This document shows positions 1 through 15,000 of a stretch of 64,000 nt of DNA, piece by piece (positions within the stretch are counted from its first letter, which is position 1; each line of letters starts with the position of its first letter). Source of the DNA: Cyanophora paradoxa CCMP329 (lineage: Eukaryota > Plantae > Glaucophyta); assembly GCA_004431415.1 (NCBI GenBank), contig QPMI01000224.1:62001-126000 (forward strand). Reading direction: 5' to 3'. Under the pieces are notes generated by a model, which was not told the origin of the DNA, ran no database searches, and saw nothing but the letters and a program-made list of their open reading frames with translations. The translations under genes and the position numbers were made by a program.

Positions 1-3000
1 CACACTCCGAACCTTCCGCCTGCTTTTTATTCCATTTCACTTTCCGTGCCTGGTGCTACCTGGCCGTCTTTCGGTGTTGTTCTCGAGCTGGCAGGTACGT
101 GAGCGCGCACCCAACATCCGGGCATCCGTGAGTCCAATAACCGCATCGCCCAGAACCATCGACTATCGTCGGCGCAGTTCCCTTGATTGCAGTGGAGTCC
201 GACTTGATTCTGATCCGCACTGAAGGTCCATTGTTTCCCAAGGAAGGTCATACCCATCGCTCTTGGTCATCGGGCGTCGCTGTGGCCGCAGCTCCAGTTC
301 TGACACTGGAACGCTTGGCGAGAATGACGTTCAGCATCAACGACATTTACGGCGATATGCAGGTCATCCCTCAAGCGCGCGTGTTCGGCGTCCAACCTCG
401 AGTGGGATCTGGGAGTGGTGGAACGGTCGTCACCGTGTTTGGCGAGAATATTTCTCGTCTTCCTTCGCCTCGTTGCCGTTTCCATGCTAGGTTCTGGGTA
501 GCTGCGGTCTGGCACACGGCTGGGAACATCTCGTGCTCATCTCCTGCACTCGGGGTTTCGTCCACAACAAGCTATGTGGATGTCACCAATGGTGGGGACT
601 TCGCACCATCTTCGGCCAGCTTTAACGTTCCTTCCCCTATTACGATCGTTTCGGTGTCCACTTTAGAGGGCCTCCCTTCACGATCCTCGGCAGTGTTCAC
701 TGCCCGCGGAGTCTCCTTGCCCGCGTCGATTGCCTGTGTCATCGCGGGCATACCGTTCCCAGCCGGCCATGTTGCCCCCAACTCGTTCGCTTGTCTGCTT
801 CATAACCAGTTAATGGGCTTCGCGCCATTGGGGATTTCCAGTGAAAAAGCTATCTTCAGCTACGACGAAGGCTTGCAAGTGTCCATTACCAGTGCGCTTA
901 TGCGGCAGCCTTTCTAAATGCGGTGTTTGTGTCCTTGACGCTTGCCGCAGAGGATCCAACTCCATCAAAGGCTCTGATCCCTCCGTTCATTGACCAAACA
1001 GATGGCGGGATCTTCAGCATTTCTGGAGGTGACCTGTTGAGTCTGGGCGAGAAAAGCCGATGCGCACTGTCGGATGGAAGAATGCTTGATGGGCGCGTAT
1101 TGTCGTCTGGGTATCTTCTATGCGATGCTGCCGGTCCGTCAACTGAGGTAACTTCCGTGGTTCTGAAGTCGAACACCTGGTTTTCAACCAACCTTCCTTT
1201 GTCTGGCAAAGGTTGGTCGATTCAGGTTTCCACTTTTCCTTGCTTGCGCTCACCGTCGCTCAGTGCGGCCCGGGCTTGGCGCTGTGGAGCCCTCAGTATC
1301 CAGTGAAGAAGGCGGTGTGGCCATCTTCGTCCAGCTTTCGACACCGATGTTGGAATCGGACGGAAGCCGTTGCTTCTTTGGCCTTAAAATCTGGGTGCTG
1401 GCTACTGTGTCAGCATCGGGATTGTCGTGCATTTTCCCTGCGATGCGCCCTGGCTCTGTGCTCCTGACTTTGTCCGTCGACGGCACCTGGCATGTTGACG
1501 CTTATCAAGTAATACATGCACTTGGTGCACAGTTTTCCTTATTGCAGCTCTATGCTGTCTGTGCGCTGACCTTTTGTTTAGCGCCCATTACTCGCACGTG
1601 GGCAAGTATGCTAACCGGATCTACTGCTGGCGGGAGCCTCGTCATTTTCCCCGTCGTTCAGACATCACCTCAAACTTTACTGGGTGTTCAATGTGAAATC
1701 GATGTGACCCCCGTGCCGCATGTTTACATGTCTGCGGACCTTGTCGGTTGTGTCATCCCGCCTCGTAGGCAGGCTGTGTACTCACTGGCACTCTCCCACG
1801 GCTCAAAAGCATCGCCATCCACCTCGTTTACTTTCTCAGGTATTCAATATTCTTCGCAGCTGTAAGCTGACACAGCAACCTTCAGTGACATTCCGTGCAG
1901 TGCCCCCATCTCCGGAAGGCCTTGCACTTCCGCAATTGAACCCTCTCGTCGTTTCGGCGCTGGCCATTTTGACTGGCAAACACATCCCATCTGATGTCTC
2001 TGCAGCCGTTGGCGAGTCGATGATTGCAGCGAGTAGTTGTCCGTCCAGTGCTTTTTGTGTTTTTGAGCTGCCTGCTGCATGGCGCGGGGTCGGCATCTCA
2101 GCCGGCGCTGTCGCCATCGGCAGCGCTGAAGCTACTGCATCCGGTAAGCTTACGCGGTTTGAGCAGTCATTCATCGTGAAATTTCCAATGGCTGTGCGCA
2201 GAACCCAGCGAGCTAAGCCGCATCACTCCTGTGTCTGCTTCCGAGTATGGTGGCACTCCCATCACGCTTTACGGGAAGCAACTGGGGGCAGGAATTTGCA
2301 GATTTTCGTCTGTATATGTAGCGAGCATCACCCGTGGGTCCGACTCTGTCGTCTGTGTGACCCCATCGGCTCTTGGTGCACGGGATTTCGTGTCAGTGTC
2401 AGGTGACGGCAGCAGTTTCCCTGCATTCCGCCTCTCCTTACCGCGAACACGTCCGCATCTTTTTTTTTGCTGCCATGCATCCTGCCAGCTCCACGCTGAC
2501 TCCATTATGCACAGAACAACCGATCATCCGAAATGCGCTTCCTGTTGAAGCGAGTTCAATTGGCGGCATCAGCATCGTGATCGTAGCTCGAGATGCCTGG
2601 AATGCTCAATCTTGCGTCTTCGACGCAGATTCTTCTACTGCTGCTGTCCACATTTCCTCATTCATGGTTGCTTGCATCCTCCCGTCGATGTCGCCGGGCT
2701 TCGTTTCCACGCACCTTGCATTGTCAGATGCAGCGAGATCAGCAACGAGCACGGTGATCAGTATTGCAGGTGCACTAGCCTATGACACGAAGTGTATGCA
2801 ATCGCCTAATGAGAGTGCCCAGATGATGTGCTGCTCTCCCGCTCTGTTCCGAGGAGGCTACCAATCAGTTCGGATTCCGTTATTCAAATCTCTGGAAGGA
2901 ACCTGGTTGGAATCCTAATGGTGCGAAACACCGACACGCGTTTGCCACTGGCGCACAAGTCGTCGGCGTTGTCCTTGGTCATAGCCGCCGTGTCGTTTGA

Positions 3001-6000
3001 AGGTCGCCATCTTTTCTCTGTCTGTCGCAGCGACTCTGACTGCGCACCCCAACCTATTGTGTTGGACGCCTATGGTTTGTGTTTTTCGGGATTCTTTTCC
3101 ATGCGACGCTGTTCTCTTAGTGAATTTCAGGTCAAGTTAGTGTATCTAGCATCCGTCAAGAAGACGCTTCGTCAACTGTCTTCATCGAGGGCGCTGGGTT
3201 TACAGATCGGGCCTGGTGCCGACACAACTTCAGAACCGTTATTGCCTCCGAAATTATCGGCAGCAGTCTGCTTCGTTGTGCACTCTCATCCCACGCTAAA
3301 CTCGAAGCCAGTGTTGAGGTTTCTGGCAATGGTCAAGATTACGTCTTGGGGCCCAGCGTCCTGCTGACGAGCACTGTTATCGACACCGATGAAACAACTA
3401 TCGAAAGTGGATTTTCGATTTCTGCCGCATCGAATATCCTGGCTTCAAGGGTCGTACCAATCTTCGGTCCAAGCTTTGGTGGCACCCTGGTCATGATATC
3501 CGCCTCGAGCTTAGTTGGACCTGAAATTGCATGCCGTCTTAATGAACTGCCCGGATTCGCATCATTTGTATCTACCGCCTACTCAGTGTGCGAAGTTCCA
3601 TCGACCATGCTGCGCCCAGGCGAACATGAAATTGCTCTATCTGTGTCATCTGGCCATTTATCCTCTGTTGTGCGTGGGGCATTCGTTATGACCGAGGAGC
3701 TCGCGGTTCGTACGATTCAACCGCTGGCCATCCCCGCAATCGGTGGCGCTGCAGTCCAGCTCACACTGGAGAGTATCGCAAGGAGAGATCTTGCTTTCTG
3801 CCGCTTCGGACGGGTCATCCTTTTGGCGCTCACTGCGTTTGAACACCGGATTGTGTGCACGGCGCCGGCTTCAATTGCTCGTCGGCAGTTACTGGTTGAC
3901 AGCTCCGTGAACGGGGTCGATTTCGTCTCTGGAGAAACCGTGCTCTCTGTTTATGGTGGGCTTCGTCTGCAACAAAAGTTTTTCTTCGTGGTCTCTTTTG
4001 AAATTTTGCGCAGATTTCACCTTCGAGCAATCGGCTATGGCCACCACGTTAGCTTCGGACAGCGTCGATGGCATCCCGCTGGCATCAGAAGTATCCTGCG
4101 TGTTCGGAGTTGAAAACACGATGGCTCTTATCGCCAGCTCGCGTTTGGTGCTCTGTAGCCGGCCACAGGGCGCCATTGGATTCCTTCCTGTGGCAGTGAC
4201 GGTGAATGGAGCCTCCTTCCTTACCACCGCGACCTATTCGACCTTTGGTACGTTTTCCCTGACCTGGATGTCGGCGTGCTTTCTCTTACAATGCGTTGCA
4301 GCACCGATACTCGGCGCGAGCATTTCGCCAGCAATTGCACCGCTTCTGGAGCCGATATTGGTCACAGTCGCAGGCCAGAATTTCGCCTCTGGTGATACCT
4401 GTCTGTTCTCGGGCAAGTTCACGCCGGCAGCTCTGCAACTCTCGTCGACCATGCTGGTCTGCGAGATTTTCGCAGAGGAGCAGAGCTCCGCCCATATCAT
4501 CGTTCAGCGGCCTGATAGCATGGGCATTATCGTTTCTACGCCTGTTCAAGTCCCCGGTACATATGACGTGGTCCCCAGGATCGATTTAAGCGCTGACATG
4601 TGGCCTTTTTCTTCAGCACGACCTGTGGGGCTAGCATCGGAACTGCGAGCAAGCAGCGAAGTGGGAGCATCGCGTCTCTCTCTGACGGGGTTGAACGCCG
4701 TTTGGCGCGCTGGCTTCTGTCGGTTCGGCTCCGTGTATGTGGCCGCGACCGAGGATTCTAGCGAATTAATTTGCAGAACTCCGGCTCTCCGCCCGACTAC
4801 CGGAGATAGTCTCGCAGTGGAAGCCCGAGTGGGCGGGGGGACGTACGTCTACTCCAGCTTGCGGGTGGTTGCCGAAGCGAAGAACCGTATCGTCCTGCTG
4901 GAACCTTCATATTTGACTACGGCTTCACCCAATCGTGTTTTGCTTGCATCTTCGGAGACCTCTGCGGCGCCCGAGACGTGCTTCCTTAACCGCGTGGGCT
5001 ATCCTGCCACTCGGCTTGGAAAACTAGCGATGTGTACCATCCATTCCGCCGAGCCGGGATTTGCGGCTGTTTCGTTGACTGCAAACGATTTCCCTGGAGT
5101 TGCAGAACCAGCAATGATTCCCGTGTTGGGTACCTTCCCCTTCTCCCATTCGAAACTTTTGCAGCAGCTAAAAATGTATGGTTCAGATAATATGCTCACG
5201 TCAGTTTCGTCACCTGGAGTCGTTGACAATCAGCCCGCTCTCGTCCTCTTGTCTGGAGTCAATCTACATCCTCTCCCTACCCCTTCCGACTTCGTTGTCG
5301 CCTATCGGTCACTGTCAACATGCATCGCGATTCTTGAGATTTTCATGCCTTCGTCAAAGAACGTCCACCTCTCTGACGAGTACTCTAAGTCTAAGCTGCA
5401 TATTTCGATCAGCGGTACTTGATCTAATTTTCCCTCCCTTCAGTCAATCTTTCAATCACTTTCGCCCCCAGATTTCCCTTCACCAATTCTTCCTGATCAT
5501 GTTGGGGCGGAAAGCGGTGGAAGTCATATCCGCCTAGTGACGAAGGCGGCTGATTCCCTTGAAATGAGCTGCAGCTTCGGAGGCAAAGTTCTCGTGAAGA
5601 CGAACCCTAGCGAATTGTCAACCGAATGCATTAGCCCCGCTCGGTCTCGGGGAGATGCCATTGTGGATTTGCTCGTAGACGGGACGGACTCTTCGCGAGC
5701 GACACTCAGATACACGGTGACGGGTACGCATTCATGTGCAATTCTCATACGACGTGCTTAGATCCGAAGTAGGCGATCCCGTGCTGGCACGGTTTTCCCC
5801 GGCTCTCTTGCCGTCAGGCACAAGGATGCTGGTCCGCTTCCTTGGTCAATTGCCCACGGGAGAGAGCGAGTGCATCTTTGGGATTTCGCCCACCGCTTCG
5901 CTTGCCTTCAATGTTGGCTCCCTCAATCAATGCAGAACACCTCATCTGCAGGCAGGTTTTGTCAGTGTATCGCTTGCCATCTCGGGACACGTGTTCTCGT

Positions 6001-9000
6001 TCTCCGAACAGCTGTCCGTGTCGGAAGCCCCTTCTCTGTCATCTGCAACGCCGTCATCGACGTTTCTCCTCGTGCCATATATCATTGCCGTCGACGGTGT
6101 GAACTTCGGGGGTTTCTCTTCGATTCGGGACTCCTGCTCGTGGCAAGGAGAGCGCTTCTTCTTCCGCGGGCTCTCAACTGGCATGGGACTTTGTGAAGTT
6201 TCTTCCGCCAGCGAAAGCGTGTGCGCGGATCTTTCAGTTGGCGGATCAAGCGAATTCGACAGCGACGCCAGCACTGCTTTTTGCTCCGAGAGTTCGCCAT
6301 TTTGCGAGTTTTGTCCTCTTCATGGAGGAGCTCAGTCGAGTGTTATTGTGCGCAGGTGCACGTCAGGCCGAAGTCGTGCTTCCAACATCTCTGCCAACTG
6401 TGGGCGGGAGTGTCATCGAGGTCCTGTCGCTGTTGAAAAACGGCTTTTGCCGATTCTCCCGTGTCGTTGTCCGCACCGTTTCGGGAGATGCGACAAACGA
6501 CTTCGCATGCATTTCTCCAACGCTCGCCTCTCAGTCGATATCTGTCACGGCAGCCGAGCTGTTCGATTTCTCGTTAGCAGAACCGCAGACACGTCCAGTC
6601 GCACTCGAGTGCTTCGCATCCCTGTCCCATGCTGTGCAGAGTGGACGCGGCTCCACCCACGTAGTGGCATCGTACCAGTCGAGCGTGCTTGGTCATCCGA
6701 CACTGCTCGTTGGACAGAAAAGCATATCACTTCATGGTATCGTGGGGGGCGGAAAAGCAGCGGAAGTCGATATCGTTTACCCAGCAGGTTTCTATGACGC
6801 ACGATTGACGATTGGTGGTGAGCTTTGTGCGACACAGCCCTCTTCTCTCGAGTTCAAGCGTAAGTTGGTTCTGATATTTGCTTCTGTGTTTCGGGTTGTT
6901 TTAACGTCGACTGCACAGCGGGTCCTCTTGAGCTCTCACTTACTCCAGCTTTATTGGAGGAAGGAACAGCCAATCTGGTCGTGCTGCAGATGAATAGTCT
7001 AAGCCATGATGCCCAGTGCTTGGTCAATGGCTTGGCTGCGCCTGGAAAATACCTTTCGAGCACTCGCTTTTTGTGTGAGGCTCGGCTCTTCGAGCTCGCC
7101 GGAGGCTACGACATTGGTGTTTCGTCTTCTTCTGCGAAGTCTCGGCTCAGCGGGAAATGTTCGTTGGTCTTTTCCGCATGTCTCCACATCTGAGCTGTTC
7201 TGCAGATCGCGATGCTTCCGACCTTTCCACCCTTCCAACTGCTGCTGAAGTTGGGGGAACGGTCTACGCGAGCTCACCTGGTGTTCTTGTCTGGCGTTTT
7301 GGTGCTGTTATCATCCGCACATATCAGGCCGGGCGGACAAGGGAGGGCAGAGCGCCAGCGCGGCATCTAGGCAGCACGACTACAGAGACATCCGCAGATG
7401 GCGTTCATTTCACTCCCGGTCCCGCCATTGTTTATAGTGGCACGTCATTTTTTTGCCGTCATTTCTTATTGTAGACACACTCCTACTCCGCTAACTGCAC
7501 CGGCCCGTAGCCCCTGGATTCATCATTGCCGCCGAGAACCCAATAGCTCCCTCCTGGGCGACGCACACAGTCACTGTCGTGTTTGCTGGCGTCCCGTCCA
7601 CGTGCGCTGTCGGAGAGGCGCTAGCGGATATGACGGTGGAGAGTGCCAGCCGAGCATCTTGTGTCGTTCCTCGAGCTGTTCCGGGATATTCTTCGCTTGA
7701 TTCTGTTCCGTTCACTGGCAACCACGGTTTGGGGCAGCTGCAGATCGCTGTACTAGGTGAGATACGTGTCGCATTGTCGTTTCGTACTTCTCTCATCATC
7801 AGCTCCTACTTTGCAGATCCGTCATCCCCTGTCGTGCTGTATCCAAAGACTCGTCACACTTTGCCCGGATCTGTGATCCATATCGTCGGCGCCAACGTGG
7901 GAGCTTCGTCGTTCGGGCCAATCATGTGCGAGTTCGGAACCGACAGAGTGCTGGCGCGTGCACTTTCGACATACGCGATGCTCTGTGAGGCCCCTGCCAC
8001 GAACCAAGATCCGGATATGTATATCATCCGGGCTCGAAATGAGATCATCTCGTCCTTTGACGCGATCATTAACGGTGCTCTTGCTGGGTTGAATGCGAGA
8101 GAAAGCGCTCACTCTTGCCTCAGATATTTCGTCGCCGGAACAGGTGGATCCAAACTTTGCGCCCTTGACCGGCGGCACAAATATTCAGATCGTCTCGGCT
8201 TTGCTGCAAAATGCCCCTGTTTCGAGGGCGCGTTTTGGTCGTTTCAGTGTGGCCTGTTTGGCGTCTCTTTCCGGCAAAGGATGCACATTTGTTTCTCCGG
8301 CTGTTCGTGCAGGTTCTTTCGGCCTGGATCTTGCTTCCAATGGACTTGACTTCCTTCTGGGCTCCGCTTCCATTGTTGTCGCGGATGATGCTATCGTTCT
8401 CCTTGGCGCCCCAGTGATCATCAAGGAACGGAATTTAGTCACGCTTGGTTATGCAAACCAGTTGTGGCGTCCTTCATGGCGTTGCCGAATCAGCTTACAA
8501 GTACAAGAAGCTCCTCCTGCAGGGAATGAGCTCGTCTCTTGCTCTCTTCCACGTCACACGGATGGCTTCTGTTCGATCGAATTTGGCGTTTCCGGGGAAT
8601 CGTTTGAAATTGCTTTCGATGCGTTCAGCGTTGAAGGTTCGGAGTGCTGTTCGATGCTGCCTAGACTCTTGAATCTGACTCGCGTGTTCGTTCACAGACT
8701 CGGCATCAGTCATGCTTGCAATGCCTGAACGTGTTGTGCACGCGTCCACAGCTGTCCTGCACGTGTTTGGACGTCATCACCATGCAGCGTCAAGATGTGC
8801 TTTGAGCGGGCACTCCGGTTTCGCCCACTTTGTTTCGTCGGCGCTGATCCTCTGCGAGACACCAATCTTATCAGATGTCATTGAATCGTCTGTGGAGTTG
8901 ACCTCTGGGTCCTCTACTCCTATCTTTGTCTCCATTTCAGGTGCTCACACTAAATAGTTCTTTGGGGGCTGTCGCTACAATTCTGATCACACACCTCTTT

Positions 9001-12000
9001 CCCACAGCTATCTCGGCCCCACAAAGTGTTACGCCATCAACCATGCGAGCCGAAGGTGGCACTCTTTTGACGATAAGCACTTTCGGTGCCCGAGAGGACG
9101 GAGCCCGCTGGTGTATGTTCAACACCAAAGTTGTTGTACTGGCTCGGAATGGGCCAGCGACCAACGTTGAGTGCGTCAGTCCGGCGTTGACCACATCTGC
9201 GGATTCTATAATGCTTTCTCTGTCAAACGACGGCGCGAATTTCGAACCTTCCTCGGTCCGAATTGCTGTCGTCGGTGCGCAACGTCACTTTTCAGTGGCT
9301 TGCGGCTTAGTGACTCATGTGCTTCTGCAGATCCGTCTCGAGCTACTTTCGCTGTTGATCCCAACAGCTCTGATGTCGTCATCACAACCGCTGGCGTCCC
9401 AGCAGATGTCGAGGGCCAGTGCTGGTTCAGCTCGTCTGTTAACTCGGCTCCCGCAATCAGAGTTTCTTCTGGCGTCTTCTCTTGCACTCTTCCGTCGACT
9501 CGCGCTGGCTTCAATGTGCTTCAGTTTGGCATAGACTACGACCCCATTGCCTCTTCAGCGATATTCACCACAGGTACCTGCATAATTCGCTCCCGCTTGG
9601 CTTGGTCATCTGTCATTTCTCAAAGCTTCGCTTGAGCAGAGACATCATCCAAGGCGGCAATCATCCCAGGGCAGCACACTAGCAGCTCTTCGTTCTTTGT
9701 CGTGGTTGGCGAAAACGTCGCTCTTCACGACGACCTGGATTGCTCGCTACAAGGATCGGGCATTGGTCGCCTTATCACGCGTTCAACTGGATTCGGTGTG
9801 TGCGACCATGCTTTCGTCGCTGAGGCTGGCAGCCGGCGAGTCTCGTCCAGAACATGGGGCGATTTGCAGTTGTTCGCGGATTTTCTTGGTGCGTGTCGCA
9901 GCGGAAGTTTTTGCGTAAGATCTTATCTGAATTTCTCCCAGATGAAATTGAGGTGTCGGCTATCTCGCCCAGCATTATTGCTTCGGTTGGTGGGACATCG
10001 GTTTCGCTCATTGGTTTGTCGCTCGGTTCTGCTACCGTTATGTCATGCCGGTGGAATACCAAGGTCGTCACTGTTACAACTGTTGCAACGATGACGTCTG
10101 CCTCGTGTATTAGCCCAGCATTGCCAAAGGGAGAGACCGTGCCGCTGGAAATTGCTGCATTCGCAAATTCATTTGTTGCAACAGACCTGTCTGCCTACCT
10201 TCGAGGTGAGCTGAGATTCCACGACTGTGACCGCGACGTAGATGTTCCAGAAATCGGATTTCGTTCTCACAATAGATTTCCCCGCAGACTTCCCAGTCGC
10301 TCTTGCTGCGTGGCCTCGCACTAGCGCTTCCTCGAGTCTGGTGGTTGCACGTCCGAGCATCGCACTCGGACGGGCAAGCGTAGAGCAAGTTTTCATCCCC
10401 GGCGGTTCTGCTGGGTTCATCGATCTGTCCGTTTTCGGATTCATATCCAGTCCTGGCTTGGAGCTATCTGCAGTGGCTTCGGCGTCCATCGGCTTGGTCA
10501 CTCCCCGCCGTGCACCCTCCATGTTCGCAAGTCTTGCACACCTTAGCGGCAAAAACATTCAACAAGATACTTTGTTGGTTGTTGCCGGTCACGGCGCTGG
10601 CATCTTTTCTACCGCTTTCGCTGTTGTGGAGATAAATCCCGCAGGCATGCTCGGCACACGACTTGCTTTGCTCTTCGCCGCAGATGGTACAGTAATAGCC
10701 TCTTTGTATACTTTCCGGTTGTTGCGCTGTTCTGACTGTCAGCACAGAACGAAATCCAACTAGTGTAGACAGTGTAAGCCCGTTGCGTTTGGCTTACAGG
10801 GGTGGCGGCATTGTTTCTGTTGCCGGCTCCGGTCTTCACGCAGTCACCTCCTGCATCTTCAAGAGAGTGTATACATCGATTCATGATTCATCAGAGGCGG
10901 CGGTGGCGTGCAGTGCTCCTTCCCTTCGACCTGGGGTTGTACAGGCTGCGCTTGCATCTGGCGGGCTTGATGCGTTCGGTGTTGCTGCAGTCACCGTCCA
11001 AGGTAAGTTGCACACGTTAAAGTCAGTACGGGTGTAACCTGGCCACGCAGAATCACCTCTGGCGAGCCACGTTGTACAGCCACGAGTCGTTTCGGATGGC
11101 CTTTCCTACGTGGTTGCTGCTTCCAAGAAGACGAGCGAGATCCTCAGCTGCCGCTTCGATGTGCTGCTGGGGGCCGTCGATTTCAACGATGGAAGAGTTA
11201 TGCGATGCTCACCATCCTCTCCAGTCTCACCAGGGTTTGTTGCCTTCGAGTTTGGGGCGGTTTCAGAGGTTTTGTCGTTTGCGTCCACTCTGCTTGAAGC
11301 GAAAGGTTAGTGCGAGTCACATATTCGCGTTCCTCAGTTGTGTTTAGCGTCTAAATACCGCGAATTTGCAGAACGTATGCAACTATCTGCTGTAACACCC
11401 AGTTACCTGCCATCTTTTATCAGTTCCATCTCCGTGGCGTTTGGCAGGAATCTCGTAGACGGAAACACCATTTGCAGCTTCTCTGGCGAGGACATCCCTG
11501 CCCGGGTTCTCTCCACTGCGGTCGCAGTTTGTCCTAGCTGTGCTTGGGGTGCTCAGAACGACAGCTCTGCAGATGCTGTAGCCTTGAGACCAGCCGAAAC
11601 CAAACGTTCGACACGTACGATCGGCTTGGAGCGCATCCCGCCGCCAGATCTCCGCGGGCTTTCGCCCGCACAAGCAGACGTCTACGGCGGCACCCGTGTA
11701 ACGATTGTCGCCGCCATGTCAACGTTCTCATCCTACTGCCTCTTCTGGAATAAAGTTGTCGTCGCTGCAGAATATTGGGGTGAAACTGCAACGATTTGCC
11801 GAAACCCGGCCTTTCTTGTAGCTAACGTTTCCGTCGCACTCGGCGGAAATCGGTTTGATTTTGTTTCTGTGCTGGGTCTCACCATCGAGATCGTCAATGG
11901 TACCCTAAATCCGCACATTTGGCAATCCTGTTACCTTGCTAATGGACTGCGCCCAGCCTCGTCGATTTCATCCCAAACAGATGTCGTGCAAACCGCCTTG

Positions 12001-15000
12001 CCGCCAATCGACATGGGCTTAGTTCTTCGTGCCCTTCCTACAACCGGCCCATCTGTAGGCGGCGCTTTAGTCTACATGCAAGGCGCAGGGCTGTTCGGCC
12101 CAGAAGTGTTCTGTCTAGCCTCAGGAATTTCGGAAGCGCCCGTGCATGCTTTCTCGACGGCAATTGTCGTCTGCGAGATGCAGCCCGCTTTCGCGGGTCG
12201 CGCTTCTATGACACTGAAGCATGCCACCAACGTCTTTGCGTTCGGTTCAGCTCATTACATGTTTGAAGGTGCGTTTTTGAAGTACGGCTTCGAGCTCGCC
12301 CCTTCCTCATCACTACATTGAGAACACTTTTCGGTTCAGAGTACGCAACGTCTGTCACAGCTGTTCTAGAGCCAGCACACGCGGCTGGTGGAGCTCTTGT
12401 CACCATTCATGGTGACCGCCTGTCGACCCACAGCCCATCCATGTGTCGATTCGAAAGTGTCCTAGTTGCTGCTGTACGCGGACACAAGTCTAACGAATGG
12501 CTTTGCGTGTCACCGGCGATGCCGCCTGGTTCGGCGTCTGTGGATTTTGTCGTGGATGGCGTGGACTTCACCCTGCATGGTGGAACGATTGCTGTTGCCG
12601 ATTCTCCTCTCTTCTGGACTCCACACGCTCGCGCAATCGTTTACAATTCAAAGAACATCCCGCTCGACTTCGTTCTACCCAGGACATCCGTTCAAGCGGA
12701 AACTCGGTGTAGGTTCGGACTTATTGTATCAGTTGCAACTATCATCAGTGCACGGGTGGCATCTTGCCCAGTTCCAGATGGAACATCCGGAGTGACTGCA
12801 CTTTACGTGTCTTCTACCGTAGGAGACAGCTTCATTGGTCGATCAGAGTCGATTGAGATTCGGAGTGCGTGCTTTATGTTTTTGTTTCCTTTCTACTTTA
12901 TATGAAGACTTTTCGTTTGCAGGCGACATGCGAGTCTCTCGTGCAACACCTGATCGCATTTCATCATTCGGCGGATCCCTCGCCGCAGTGGAAGGAATAG
13001 AACTGGGATCGAATAATGAAGCTTTCGTCCGTACGATCTCGTCAGTCATGGCCATCGCAGAGATTTCCGTGCCATCCAGGCCATATACATCCAGTTCTGC
13101 TCTGTTCGGCCTATCATCGCTCACTCTCTTCAGTGCGTTGCGATAAGTTGTTTGAAACCTTCTTGTTGTTATCGCTTAGCAAACTGGCAGAACTCCCAAG
13201 TCATCAGCTTTCCTCTTCCAGTTTGACAGGGGCAGCTTTCGGAGGGCTGCACTTTACTTTCCAAGGAGCGGCAGTGTTCGCTTGTCGTGTCGGCAGAGTT
13301 GTTTTTCTCACGGGTTCAGGACCGGCTTCAGGAACAGCTGTTTGCATCAGTCCTGCAGTTCGTCCGGGGAAGTACATCGTGGACTTTTCTGGTGACGCGT
13401 CACAATGGGAAGAATCTGGAATTGCGTTATCAACACGAGGTTCGCATCCGTTTTCGTGATGCTCCGATTGAATTTCTCACGCCTTAAGTAGCATATGACG
13501 ACGTGTCCATGTCGCGCGGAATGCCAGCCAGCGTTGTGTGGCTCTCGCGCTCGCATTTTGTTATACAGGGATCTTTCTCCAGTACGATACTCACTGTGAG
13601 GTCCTTGAATAGTGAACCCGTTGAAGCAGTCGCCATCAAACCGTCGTTGCTGCGTACAACTTCGCCAGTACTTTTCACCTCCTCGGGCTATCAGGATGTC
13701 CTTATTTCAGATGGCGTCGAAATTTCGTTTTTCTCTGTCAATGTACAAGGTAAGCCTGCATTTGTAGTACGCACTGGCGTTTCTGACCTCCGGCTGTAGA
13801 AATTGCAGCTCCTCTCGTGGTGTACTGGGCTGGATCGCAGAAACCGTACTCGTTGATTTACGTCTCTGCATCGAACTTACCTGGGAAAATTCCCCTTAGT
13901 TGCAACATTGACGGAGTGAACTTCCCAGCCATTTTCATTTCGTCTGTGCTCGCAGTATGCGAATCGCGAAGAGCAGAAGGCAGAGCATCCTTCTCTTTGG
14001 AACTGCCTGGCCGGGAGTTGTCAGCTTCCACAAAGATGTTCTTCTCCCCTGAACATCTCGCTTTCGTCCCCACCTCGAGTGTGGTTAGCGTACGTGGTGG
14101 GTCAGAGTTCCACATTACAAGTTTGCTTTCGACAGCCAACTTCGAGCATCCGGGTTATTGTCTATTCCGACACAAGATTCTGATTGAAGCTGCTGTCAAT
14201 GAAGCAGGAGTTTGCGTGGCCCCAGCGTTACCTCCCGGCAGCTGGGCGACATATGTGAGCTCTTCACCTTCCGACTTTGCCCCCGAAACAGAGATTATTG
14301 TGATCACTCGAGGTATATAGCTGCACGCTTGCACACCCCCGTATTCATGAAACTTTTTTCTCATTTCTATGCTGCAGATCTGGAGAACCAAATGATCCTG
14401 CACACGACTGGCGTGCTCGGGAGAAGGATTGCATCGATCACTTTCGCCCTCCATTCGAACGTCGACCCACAAAACCTCATGTGCTTAACTGGGAGTCGCT
14501 CTGTCCCTCTCTTGGCTCTAGCAGGCGCCGCATGGCAATGCCATCTCCGCATTCCCTTCGCTGGGTTCCAGCCAGTCACTCTGGCTTTCGATAGCGGCGC
14601 GACTGCTCGAGTTCTCACGCCGGATTTGCTTGTCCTCGGTTCGTTATCTGCATTGAGATCCTGCCTACCCCCAAATGATTCACTTTTGCTGCGAAACAGA
14701 TTCGCAGTGGAAAGATATGGTCGTCATTCCTAAGCGTGCCCATCCGGGAACTCTGCAAGTCGTGCAGGGCGCTCTCCCTGGCATGGACATGTGTGTATAC
14801 GGCTCATCCACGCTAGGCCCTCTTCGTCACTTGTCTGGGGCCATCGCGCTGTGCGAGATGCCGTATGCTGGCGACCCAGACTTGGCGCTTCGGCTTGGAG
14901 GCATCGAGAGTGAAGCGGCTGAAGCCGTTCCGACCACCATGGCAGGTGCAGGCACTTACTTTTAGCCCTTGTTGCCGGCATTCACGCTCCTTCAGCATTA